From the IMG/VR virus record IMGVR_UViG_2675903313_000009: a DNA stretch of 64,000 bases; one strand, 5' to 3'. Below, piece by piece: positions 56,747 to 64,000 of the stretch. This DNA is from a virus (Duplodnaviria; Heunggongvirae; Uroviricota; Caudoviricetes). Under the pieces are notes generated by a model that searched no databases, was not told where the DNA came from, and saw only the letters and a program-made list of their open reading frames with translations. A program made the translations under genes and the position numbers. The number at the start of each line of letters is the position of its first letter. Positions within the stretch are counted from its first letter, which is position 1.

Positions 56747-57217
56747 GTGAAAGCTGATTTGTCAAAAATCCCTTCTATTTCAGGAAATAACGGTTATTCA
56801 CTTCGTTGTGAGGAAGTAAAGATAAACGGTGAGTCGGCATATTGCAGCTACTCCGTTTGCCAGCACACCATTCTTGCCTTCAAAGAAAACCGTCTTCCTC
56901 GAACTTCATTCCAGTCGTGCGCAACCGCTATCAAAGCAGGCAAATGCAAGGCGTTAAAAATGATGGTTGAAGAGATTCGTAAAGGAGAATCTCTGTATTT
57001 CGAAGATATGACCGCGCTCATTAAGGAGGTTGAAGAACGGAATAAACAAGCCAGAACTTTAAAACGAAAACGTGACAGTGTAACGATTAATAGCATGGTT
57101 AAGAAGAGCACCACATCACAAACAGCGATCACTGACGTGTATGCGGCGTTGCTTGAAGAAACAACAAAAGAAACACATGAGCAAATCGATCAACATATGG
57201 AGGTAAAACAACAATGA
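56747..57217 (+). CDS. Hypothetical protein
   Basis: 156-aa ORF (GTG start in track). Confidence 0.4.
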   Translation: MKADLSKIPSISGNNGYSLRCEEVKINGESAYCSYSVCQHTILAFKENRLPRTSFQSCATAIKAGKCKALKMMVEEIRKGESLYFEDMTALIKEVEERNKQARTLKRKRDSVTINSMVKKSTTSQTAITDVYAALLEETTKETHEQIDQHMEVKQQ

Positions 57218-58536
57218 AAAAGTTGATCGCACTTAAGCATAAGCTGGACGAAATGAAAGCTATGGGAACCAATGCAAAAAAAGAGGCATTGGCCAACATG
57301 GATGACTTCGAGCAAAGCATGGTTTCATTGATGCTCAACCCTTTCATCCGTTTTGGGGTAAAGAAATACAAAGTGGCAGAGCCGCTTAGTGAGTCCATCC
57401 CAAGTGACGAAAAAGCCATTGATGTACTGAATAAGCTGGCCTCTCGCGAGCTAACGGGGAACGCAGCAATAGCTGCTGTTGAGTCTATCGTGGCGTCAAT
57501 GTGCGCCGATGGGCAGGACGTGTTCCGTCGTTTCCTCTTAAAAGACCCGAAAGCGGGTGTTGGGATTAGCCTATGCAACAAGGTTTTTGAAAATCCCATT
57601 CCGAAATTCGAGGTGCAGCTGGCGTCACCGTATAAAGAAAAAGGCGACAAATACCCCTTCAAGCCAAATCCTAAAGCAAAATGGCCGATGATTGGCAGCC
57701 TTAAGCTCGATGGTTTGCGAGTAATTTGCGAGGTTATTGTTGACGAAGAAGAGGTTAACTTCCTTTCTCGTACTGGTAATCCAATCACGTCTCTCGATCA
57801 CCTAAAGCCAGCCATGCTCGAATTAGGCAAACTTTCAGGCCACAAACACATCTTCTTCGATGGTGAAGGCACAGCCGGTTCATTTAACCAGTCCGTATCT
57901 GCATTGCGCAAAAAGAACGTGCAGGCAATTGGCGCTATTTATCATATTTTCGACTTCTTCCTACCGGAATGGCGAGCACAGGCTAAATCCAAAGAGTATG
58001 CAAAGACAGGTATGAAGCTGAAAGAGCGCCTGGCTATGCTGGTGGCGTTGTTCAAAAACGATCGCAGTGAAGGCTACACACAAGACATTCACCTGCATCC
58101 GTTCTATATCATCCATAGCCACGAAGACTTCATCGAACGCTTCATGAAACGCCTGGACGATAACGAAGAAGGGGAGATGGGCAAAGATCCGAACTCTGTT
58201 TACGAGTTTAAACGTACCCGCAGCTGGTGGAAGTTAAAAGACGAAGATTCAGAAGATGGTGAAATTATCGACTTTGAGCCGGGCGATCCGGACTCTGGTT
58301 TTGCCAACACGCTTGGAAAAATTGTTATTCGCCTTGAAAACGGTGTGATTGTTCGTGCGAGCGGCATTAAGCATAAATATCTGGACGAGATCTGGAACAA
58401 CAAAGAGAAGTACCGTGGTCGTATTGTCGAGGTTCATTGTCACGAGAAAACGCCGGATGGCAGCTTACGCCACCCACGACTGAAATGGCCGCGTTGCTTA
58501 CGCGATACAGAAGATCGAATCGGAGATAAAGAATGA
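57214..58536 (+). CDS. ATP-dependent DNA ligase
   Basis: Adenylation motif I KLDGLR (SLKLDGLRV); about 150-aa N-terminal extension. Confidence 0.85.
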   Translation: MKKLIALKHKLDEMKAMGTNAKKEALANMDDFEQSMVSLMLNPFIRFGVKKYKVAEPLSESIPSDEKAIDVLNKLASRELTGNAAIAAVESIVASMCADGQDVFRRFLLKDPKAGVGISLCNKVFENPIPKFEVQLASPYKEKGDKYPFKPNPKAKWPMIGSLKLDGLRVICEVIVDEEEVNFLSRTGNPITSLDHLKPAMLELGKLSGHKHIFFDGEGTAGSFNQSVSALRKKNVQAIGAIYHIFDFFLPEWRAQAKSKEYAKTGMKLKERLAMLVALFKNDRSEGYTQDIHLHPFYIIHSHEDFIERFMKRLDDNEEGEMGKDPNSVYEFKRTRSWWKLKDEDSEDGEIIDFEPGDPDSGFANTLGKIVIRLENGVIVRASGIKHKYLDEIWNNKEKYRGRIVEVHCHEKTPDGSLRHPRLKWPRCLRDTEDRIGDKE

Positions 58537-58712
58537 TGCTCGGTTGGATGATTGCATTTTTAGCAGTTGGTTTTTTCATAGGTATTGTGGTGATGTCCAG
58601 TTGCATCAATGACTACATTAAAAGCGGTGTTATAGAAAGACGCGGTCGTATTTATCGCATTGTAGAAATAACCAACACCGTGAAGGAGATTAAGGATGAT
58701 CGTATTAAGTAA
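58536..58712 (+). CDS. Small single-pass membrane protein (paralog 1)
   Basis: 58-aa ORF found by eye; TM helix then RIYRIVEIT; start overlaps ligase stop (ATGA). Confidence 0.45.
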   Translation: MLGWMIAFLAVGFFIGIVVMSSCINDYIKSGVIERRGRIYRIVEITNTVKEIKDDRIK

Positions 58713-58911
58713 ACGGGAGAAGGAAACGCTTCATGAAATCAGTAAGTGGCCGGAGTTCCCTGAGTACTGGAAGCCTAAAACGCGAGCTAAGTTAGAGCGT
58801 TTAGGGTTGGTTGCAAACGTTTCTGAAACGTGGTGTTCGGCCAACTACCAGTTAACTGATAAAGGGAAAGTATTGCTACAGCAATTAGTAGAATCAGGAG
58901 TGTTAAAATGA
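58696..58911 (+). CDS. Hypothetical small protein
   Basis: 71-aa ORF overlapping neighbours. Confidence 0.4.
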   Translation: MIVLSKREKETLHEISKWPEFPEYWKPKTRAKLERLGLVANVSETWCSANYQLTDKGKVLLQQLVESGVLK

Positions 58912-59060
58912 TTCCATACATCTCATTAGCTTTTATGGGTGGCTTCCTTATCGGCTTCGGCATCTGTCGTGATTTAATTAAGCAGGAACTTAAAACCAAA
59001 ACACTGTGCATCGGAAAGCGTGTGTATCGGGTAGTTCATGAAACAAAGGTGAAAAAATGA
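58908..59060 (+). CDS. Small single-pass membrane protein (paralog 2)
   Basis: 50-aa ORF found by eye; TM helix then RVYRVVHET; ATGA overlaps at both ends. Confidence 0.45.
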   Translation: MIPYISLAFMGGFLIGFGICRDLIKQELKTKTLCIGKRVYRVVHETKVKK

Positions 59061-59347
59061 TCAATTTGACTTCTTGGAACTGGTGGTTGGCCACCTATTT
59101 CTTAGCGGCCGGAGTCGCATTCGCCTTTTACGTAGGTCAGTTAGTCGTAAAACTGTTGCTGATTAAATTTGCTAGTCATAAACGTATCGATGATGGTCTG
59201 TGGCGTCTTGGCACCCTGGTGGAAATTCGCTACGGGCAACTTAAGGAGAACGAAACCATTACTATCCAAGCGAAACGATTCACTGCCACCATTACAAGAA
59301 CACCTAGTCGTAGAGTGGCCTTGATCAAAAAAGTCACAACCGAATAA
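59057..59347 (+). CDS. Small membrane protein (paralog 3)
   Basis: N-terminal TM helix; basic C-terminus. Confidence 0.5.
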   Translation: MINLTSWNWWLATYFLAAGVAFAFYVGQLVVKLLLIKFASHKRIDDGLWRLGTLVEIRYGQLKENETITIQAKRFTATITRTPSRRVALIKKVTTE

Positions 59348-59356
59348 AAACATATT

Positions 59357-59378
59357 GATAAGTATTTACTTACTTATC
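59357..59378. promoter_or_regulatory. Palindromic GATAAGTA..TACTTATC motif copy (full 8-bp arms)
   Basis: gataagtatttacttacttatc. Confidence 0.45.
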
Positions 59379-59553
59379 TTTTGTGTATAAGATGACTTTG
59401 TTTTCGTTGAGACGCGACTGTTTGAACTTAAATACAAGTGCAAACGAAGAAGTCTATCTGGCAGTAGCCTAATAAGCCAAACACCAGCGAGGTCAGTTTC
59501 CAGCCTCGTTACCGAAATGGGACACACTGAGCGAGTGTGATTGCAGAACGCAG

Positions 59554-59576
59554 GAGGGAACATTCATGTTCCCTCC
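59554..59576 (+). other. Perfect 10-bp-stem hairpin
   Basis: ggagggaaca/tgttccctcc with 4-nt loop. Confidence 0.5.
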
Positions 59577-59582
59577 GATGAA

Positions 59583-59661
59583 GTAACAGAATGGGCGGTT
59601 GGTATATTTTCAACTCCATATGACTCCCGGATTCTTAGCCACTGACCGCCCATCCTGTTAC
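59583..59661 (+). other. Long-range stem-loop (17-bp stem around ~45 nt), candidate structured RNA
   Basis: gtaacagaatgggcggt pairs with accgcccatcctgttac. Confidence 0.4.
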
Positions 59662-59736
59662 GTCATTTTGTTCAATTATGTCGTTTATACTGGGTTAAAA
59701 AGCGGCGACGTAGCCCGGCTGGTATGGTTAGCCAGC

Positions 59737-59859
59737 ACACAACGTTGAGGCCATTACATTTTTATCAATTCTAAGGTTCTATTCACAGAGATACCGGCGA
59801 ACGTTGATATGTAACATGTTGGGCAAACATTCAATCGGAGTAGTGGCCTCAACGTTGTG
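59737..59859 (+). other. Long stem-loop H1 (ACACAAC..GTTGTG termini)
   Basis: 16-bp stem acaacgttgaggcca/tggcctcaacgttgt around ~90 nt. Confidence 0.45.
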
Positions 59860-60125
59860 AAGACGGGATTGTTGTGTAGGTTTAACCACTGTTGCCATTG
59901 GTGCCTGTTTTCACAACAAATGATTCCATACATCACATAGTATAAATTACAAAGTAGGTGCTGTCCTCAGAAACATCATCTACTTAAAGATTTTGCCTTC
60001 TACTATTGAGCGAAGTCGAAAGCGTCTGGCACTAACGAAAAGTGCAAGTAGCGGTGCGTTTCCTGGCAGAAACTAAACCGTCGCGATTGGCACTGTTGAG
60101 TAATAAATACTGGCAGTGCTGAATT

Positions 60126-60200
60126 GATGGTGTAGCTCAGCGGTAGAGCAGTTGGCTGTTAACCAACTGGTCGGTGGTTCGAATCCACCCACCATCGCCA
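60126..60200 (+). tRNA. tRNA-Asn (anticodon GUU)
   Basis: Cloverleaf folds by hand; anticodon loop CUGUUAA; CCA encoded; not the E. coli Asn tRNA sequence. Confidence 0.85.
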
Positions 60201-60205
60201 ATTTA

Positions 60206-60292
60206 GGGGAGTTAGTCCGTAGAGGTAGCGGTGTAGACTGTAAATCTACTGTCATGGCGACTCGGGTGGTTCGACTCCATCACTCCCCACCA
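60206..60292 (+). tRNA. tRNA-Tyr (anticodon GUA), long variable arm
   Basis: Anticodon arm gtaga-CUGUAAA-tctac; acceptor ggggagt/actcccc; CCA encoded. Confidence 0.75.
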
Positions 60293-60296
60293 AATT

Positions 60297-60372
60297 GCCG
60301 GTTTAGCTCAGTTGGTAGAGCAGTCGCTTTGTAAGCGAATGGCCAGCGGTTCAAGTCCGTTAACCGGCACCA
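60297..60372 (+). tRNA. tRNA-Thr (anticodon UGU; assignment tentative)
   Basis: Acceptor gccggtt/aaccggc; anticodon loop UUUGUAA with one mismatch in stem. Confidence 0.65.
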
Positions 60373-60462
60373 ACACAACAGGTAAGAGCATTGGGCGAAT
60401 CGGCGATACTGACCCACAAGGCCGTAAATCGATAGAGTCAGACCAGTGCTCTTACCGTTGTG
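60373..60462 (+). other. Long stem-loop H2 directly after tRNA-Thr
   Basis: acacaacaggtaagagcattgg pairs with ccagtgctcttaccgttgtg. Confidence 0.45.
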
Positions 60463-60562
60463 ATGAATGCACAGGCTGATGTGCCGCAACTACAGTAGTG
60501 CGCGCTTTGCGGGGCTTGCTACAACCCTGTGTCGGAGTTCAGTACCGACCATCACAATAGCT

Positions 60563-60649
60563 GGAGAGTAGGGAGCATGGTGCTCAAGCGGTCTTGAAAA
60601 CCGTTCCATTGTGCAAACGATGATGGTTCGATTCCATTACTCTCCGCCA
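60563..60649 (+). tRNA. tRNA-Ser (anticodon UGA), long variable arm
   Basis: Acceptor ggagagt/actctcc; anticodon loop CUUGAAA; CCA encoded. Confidence 0.8.
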
Positions 60650-60650
60650 G

Positions 60651-60729
60651 ACACAGCGTTGAGCGGTTTGGCCTTTTAATCAACTCGATTAAGACTCCGC
60701 TAACATAAACCAGACCGCTCAACGCTGTG
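60651..60729 (+). other. Long stem-loop H3 directly after tRNA-Ser
   Basis: acacagcgttgagcggtttgg pairs with ccagaccgctcaacgctgtg. Confidence 0.45.
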
Positions 60730-60803
60730 ATAGATAATTACGGCAGACGTTCTTAACCATAGCTTGCTAACATCTTAGCAACACTTTTTTCAGCGCAAAA
60801 TTC

Positions 60804-60826
60804 AAAGGGGCTTCGGCCCCTTTTTT
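60804..60826. terminator. Bidirectional rho-independent terminator
   Basis: aaaggggc ttcg gcccc tttttt, A/T runs on both sides. Confidence 0.9.
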
Positions 60827-60841
60827 GTTGAACAGTGCAAT

Positions 60842-62104
60842 TTACTTTACATAGTCGCCCAGTTTTAATATTTCGCGCTTATATTCTTTAACCATGCTAC
60901 TGGATTCAGTATAAATTCGATTTAAAAGATTATCGCTATCTTTATTCTCATTTATCTTAATGAGTGATAATTTAAATTCATAGTCATCAAATGCCACAAT
61001 CAAATGGTGGCCTGGGATTATATCTTCGTCACTCTTGAAGTATATATCTTCAAGTATGTAATCTAGTTGATTAGATTTTCTTTTCTCGATGTAATCTTCA
61101 GCCATAGCTATTACATCATTCCTGTCATTTAACCTGTTTTTTTCGGAAGGCACATCTTCGTAATGTTGCACGATTGAACAACCAATAAGGCGTGGGATGT
61201 AAACGTCAAAATGAGTAACTCTATCATTCGCGGTTTTAAGTTGTTCCTCAAAGTAGTTTCTTACATGTAAAGGCAACTTCTCAAAGTAATCATTAATTAT
61301 AGGAGAACAAGGAGTTTTATAATTCATAAGAACCGACGGTACGAGCTGTGGGCGTCGAAACATCCAGTCCCTTTTAACGTCCGATGGAACATAATAACTT
61401 TTAATGATATTATCAAAATAATTTATCATTCGAGATTTGAATATTTTATTGAATCTAAGGTTTATGAATGTATCCAGATAAGGCATATTTGAATAAGCAT
61501 CATCAAAAAATATTTCATCATTGAAAAAATCATATTTATTCAATAAACAACACAGTTTTTCCGAATTAATATGTTCACAATAATCGATTTTTAATCCAAA
61601 GATAGCAATGATCAACTTCATCTGAGGTGGGATTTTAAAAATTAATTGTGATACATACGCTCTTTTTTCCTTGAGACATTCCCCATCAATATAAAATGAA
61701 CTATCCACATACTCAAATATATTAATAATATGCTTCACATACTGTATTACCTCATGCTGTTTTACCAATGGGTAATAGAGTCTATGTAACTCATCGCTGT
61801 TTAAATTAATTTTGTGTTTATCGATAATTTGTTTTGCAAGAAGACATAACGCATCATGTTGATTTAATAAGGAATCAAACCATTGTTTAAATGCACTCTT
61901 TCGCATTTCGAACAATGATTCAGTTGTTAATTGAAGGGCTGAAAAAGCTGCTTTTGCACTTTTTCTCGCTTCGTAGGCATTCCATGCTGTTGCTATAAAA
62001 GCAAATGCTGTAGCCAATGTTCCAACAGTTTGACCATTTAAAACAACCCAATCCCAAAAAATAACGGTGAGCAGTAGTATAATAATGAAAATTAAAAAAG
62101 GCAT
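60842..62104 (-). CDS. AT-rich membrane-anchored protein of unknown function
   Basis: 420-aa minus-strand ORF; two N-terminal hydrophobic helices; GC far below neighbours; own terminator. Confidence 0.6.
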   Translation of the reverse strand: MPFLIFIIILLLTVIFWDWVVLNGQTVGTLATAFAFIATAWNAYEARKSAKAAFSALQLTTESLFEMRKSAFKQWFDSLLNQHDALCLLAKQIIDKHKINLNSDELHRLYYPLVKQHEVIQYVKHIINIFEYVDSSFYIDGECLKEKRAYVSQLIFKIPPQMKLIIAIFGLKIDYCEHINSEKLCCLLNKYDFFNDEIFFDDAYSNMPYLDTFINLRFNKIFKSRMINYFDNIIKSYYVPSDVKRDWMFRRPQLVPSVLMNYKTPCSPIINDYFEKLPLHVRNYFEEQLKTANDRVTHFDVYIPRLIGCSIVQHYEDVPSEKNRLNDRNDVIAMAEDYIEKRKSNQLDYILEDIYFKSDEDIIPGHHLIVAFDDYEFKLSLIKINENKDSDNLLNRIYTESSSMVKEYKREILKLGDYVK

Positions 62105-62278
62105 GTATGTATTTCACTCTACTAACTATAAATTATTAGGCTAATGTTAACCAAACAATGCCTTAATTAATAGATTGATCGAGGCTTTAATAGCTTTATA
62201 ATGCAGACTGCAAAGATAAGTATGCACATACCTATCTTCTTTGTAAGTAAAGTTGCATATCAATTCTATGAGGTAACA

Positions 62279-62524
62279 ATGACGATCACTATCTACGGAC
62301 GAGATAACTGCTCATACTGCAAACGTGCGGTCGAGCTGGCGAAGCAACTAAAGGGACATGGCTACGGTGATTATGAGTACATCGACATCACCACTGCCGG
62401 TATCAACAAGGAAAAACTAAGTGAAATTGTTGGTAAACCGGTAGAGACTATCCCCCAGGTGCTGATCGATGGCCAGCCGATTGGCGGATACACAGAACTG
62501 GCTGCATACGTCAGCACCCTCTGA
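62279..62524 (+). CDS. Glutaredoxin (GrxA/NrdH-like)
   Basis: CSYC active site in YGRDNCSYCKRA; GKPVETIPQ and GGYTE motifs resemble E. coli glutaredoxin 1 from memory. Confidence 0.8.
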   Translation: MTITIYGRDNCSYCKRAVELAKQLKGHGYGDYEYIDITTAGINKEKLSEIVGKPVETIPQVLIDGQPIGGYTELAAYVSTL

Positions 62525-62529
62525 TTTTA

Positions 62530-62552
62530 ACGGCTCACAGGAGCCGTTTTTA
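62530..62552 (+). terminator. Rho-independent terminator after glutaredoxin
   Basis: Stem acggctc/gagccgt then TTTTT. Confidence 0.85.
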
Positions 62553-62603
62553 TTCCCACCAAACTCACTCCCATTTCCCTTAAAATTCAAAAAACAACGT
62601 CAA

Positions 62604-62630
62604 AATGATTCCATACCTACTATGTATGGA
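62604..62630. promoter_or_regulatory. Inverted repeat upstream of integrase
   Basis: attccata..tatggaat. Confidence 0.3.
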
Positions 62631-62734
62631 ATCATTACTGAAAATGAGTTACTTTTACTCTTGATCCTATAAGAATCTATGCCTAATATACTGTTTACTT
62701 ATACAGTGAATCGGCGTAACTCGGTGATTGTCAT

Positions 62735-63838
62735 ATGAAAAATAGCTTTGACAGAGCACGCGCTGCGGAGAACACCTCAAAAGAGGCGATTGAGTATCTC
62801 GAAAGAGCATCTCAAATGCAGGCCGTTATGATCTCGCAGGTCAGCAATGACATGAGATTCTCGGACGCATTCATGTTATTCACTCGCTTATCTCTGCTGA
62901 TAACAAGACGTCGGCCAGAGATCGCTGTTCATTGTATTTTGATACATGTTTTGCCGCACATTGCCGATGTAAAAGTAAGTGACATTAATAGGTTCATGGT
63001 GAACCAACTGGTCAACCCACTAATACTGGATGGCAAAATTGTTATGGGCCGCCGCGTTTTCTCTCTGATGAAGCAGTTCCTTAGCTGGTGCGCCTTCCAG
63101 GGGATGATAGACGTGTCACCGTTAAACGATATGTCACTAAACAAAGTTGCCGGTGGCGCAAAGCCCACACCTCGCGAGCGGAAGCTGACCGACGCAGAGG
63201 TATGGGTGTTCTGGAATATATGGGACTACTTCAATGTGTGCGCTGGTACAAAATGGGCGGCCAGGCTGTGTCTTGTATCCGCAAGACGACCTGACGAAGT
63301 ACTGCGGGCTAAAAAAAGTGAGTTCAATCTTAAGCGTGGGGTTTGGAATCAAGGCAAGAGGAACAAATCTGCCCGTGAGCATTCGCTGCCTTTAAGCACA
63401 TTAATGCGCACATGTATTGAAGAGTTGTTCGAATACGGTAAAGGCAGCCAGTGGCTCGTGCCTTCGAATAAAAAAATCGGGAAAGACCTTCCTATGTCTA
63501 AAGTGGCAATAGCCCAGGCATTACGTCGTATCCTGGAACGACCAGAACTGATGGAGCTTGAGCCATTTACACCCCGAGACTTGCGCCGTACTGCGCGTAG
63601 TTACTTCCCAGCATTAGGCATAAGCCAGGAGGTATCACGCAAAATCATGAACCACAGTCTTGAGGGGATAGATCGAGTCTACGACCGGCACGATTATATG
63701 GACGAGATGCGAGACGCCTTAGAAAGTTTCTCGACGTACATCGCATCAATCGTAGAGCAACCGGATTTAGACGAAATTGACCACAAATTCAAGGGAGATC
63801 GTCTATCAACAGAGCTTATTCGTGTAAATTTTTCATAG
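62735..63838 (+). CDS. int: Tyrosine-type site-specific recombinase / integrase
   Basis: C-terminal catalytic signature (TPRDLRRT, MNHSLEGI, RVYDRHDY); N-terminus atypical. Confidence 0.8.
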   Translation: MKNSFDRARAAENTSKEAIEYLERASQMQAVMISQVSNDMRFSDAFMLFTRLSLLITRRRPEIAVHCILIHVLPHIADVKVSDINRFMVNQLVNPLILDGKIVMGRRVFSLMKQFLSWCAFQGMIDVSPLNDMSLNKVAGGAKPTPRERKLTDAEVWVFWNIWDYFNVCAGTKWAARLCLVSARRPDEVLRAKKSEFNLKRGVWNQGKRNKSAREHSLPLSTLMRTCIEELFEYGKGSQWLVPSNKKIGKDLPMSKVAIAQALRRILERPELMELEPFTPRDLRRTARSYFPALGISQEVSRKIMNHSLEGIDRVYDRHDYMDEMRDALESFSTYIASIVEQPDLDEIDHKFKGDRLSTELIRVNFS

Positions 63839-64000
63839 AGACTTTATGGCCTCAACAACCTTTTGTGATGCGCCTTTCTCTTTACCGAATCGCTCGTTAT
63901 ATGCAGCAAGAACCTGTTTTTCGTCCTCGTTAAGAGGAGCGGTGCCTTCTTTGTATAAAAATGCTGCGAGTTCAGGTTGGCGTTCTTCCAGCACCATCAT
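63832..64000 (-). CDS. Hypothetical protein, C-terminal fragment (start beyond window)
   Basis: Minus-strand open frame ending ..VVEAIKSL; overlaps integrase stop. Confidence 0.35.

Larger units (their letters stand above)
1560..64000. mobile_element. Tailed-phage genome (temperate or phage-plasmid-like) abutting metG; right end beyond window
   Basis: Contiguous terminase, portal, capsid, tail, lysis, partition, replication, tRNA and integrase genes; att sites not identifiable. Confidence 0.8.

Noticed and set aside
60297-60372. Alternative anticodon reading (UUG, Gln) for the third tRNA
   Set aside because: That loop register puts a pyrimidine at position 37 and worsens stem pairing; UGU (Thr) fits canonical loop geometry better, but it needs tRNAscan-SE confirmation.
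60073-60489. Three short ORFs overlapping the tRNA cluster
   Set aside because: They coincide with tRNA genes that fold convincingly; coding here is implausible.
62201-62278. 26-codon N-terminal extension of the glutaredoxin ORF
   Set aside because: The internal ATG at 62279 has a GAGG ribosome-binding site and gives a protein collinear with known glutaredoxins; the extension is hydrophobic and atypical.

Overview
The window starts with the 3' end of metG (E. coli-type methionyl-tRNA synthetase, 1..1503) and its terminator. The remaining ~62 kb is a tailed-phage genome of mosaic, temperate or phage-plasmid-like character that begins about 30 bp after that terminator and runs off the right edge. 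Left to right: an early region of small ORFs each preceded by a conserved palindromic operator, interrupted by long non-coding stretches (a CA-rich G-poor tract and two direct-repeat arrays); an AT-rich minus-strand operon headed by an SF2 helicase; a ParB-like/ParB-like/ABC-ATPase/GNAT-like cluster; packaging, head, lambda-like tail (M/L/K/I/J order) and a long tail fibre; a lysis cassette; a ParA/small-partner partition pair; a DUF2971-like two-gene cassette; a replication module (DnaB-like helicase, primase, ATP-dependent DNA ligase) interrupted by a minus-strand secreted Sel1-repeat gene and a lipoprotein gene; three paralogous small membrane proteins; four phage-type tRNAs (Asn, Tyr, Thr, Ser) with conserved hairpins; an AT-rich minus-strand membrane-protein gene; a glutaredoxin; and a tyrosine integrase. 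No CRISPR array, rRNA or reverse transcriptase was seen. All calls are from reading the sequence and the supplied ORF translations; no database search or HMM was run, so domain names are motif-based inferences. The best candidates for an undescribed system are the DUF2971-like cassette (48413..50486), the ParB/ABC-ATPase/GNAT cluster (13489..16404), the AT-rich helicase operon (9141..13424), the CA-rich non-coding locus with repeat arrays (3000..4130), and the AT-rich membrane protein (60842..62104).
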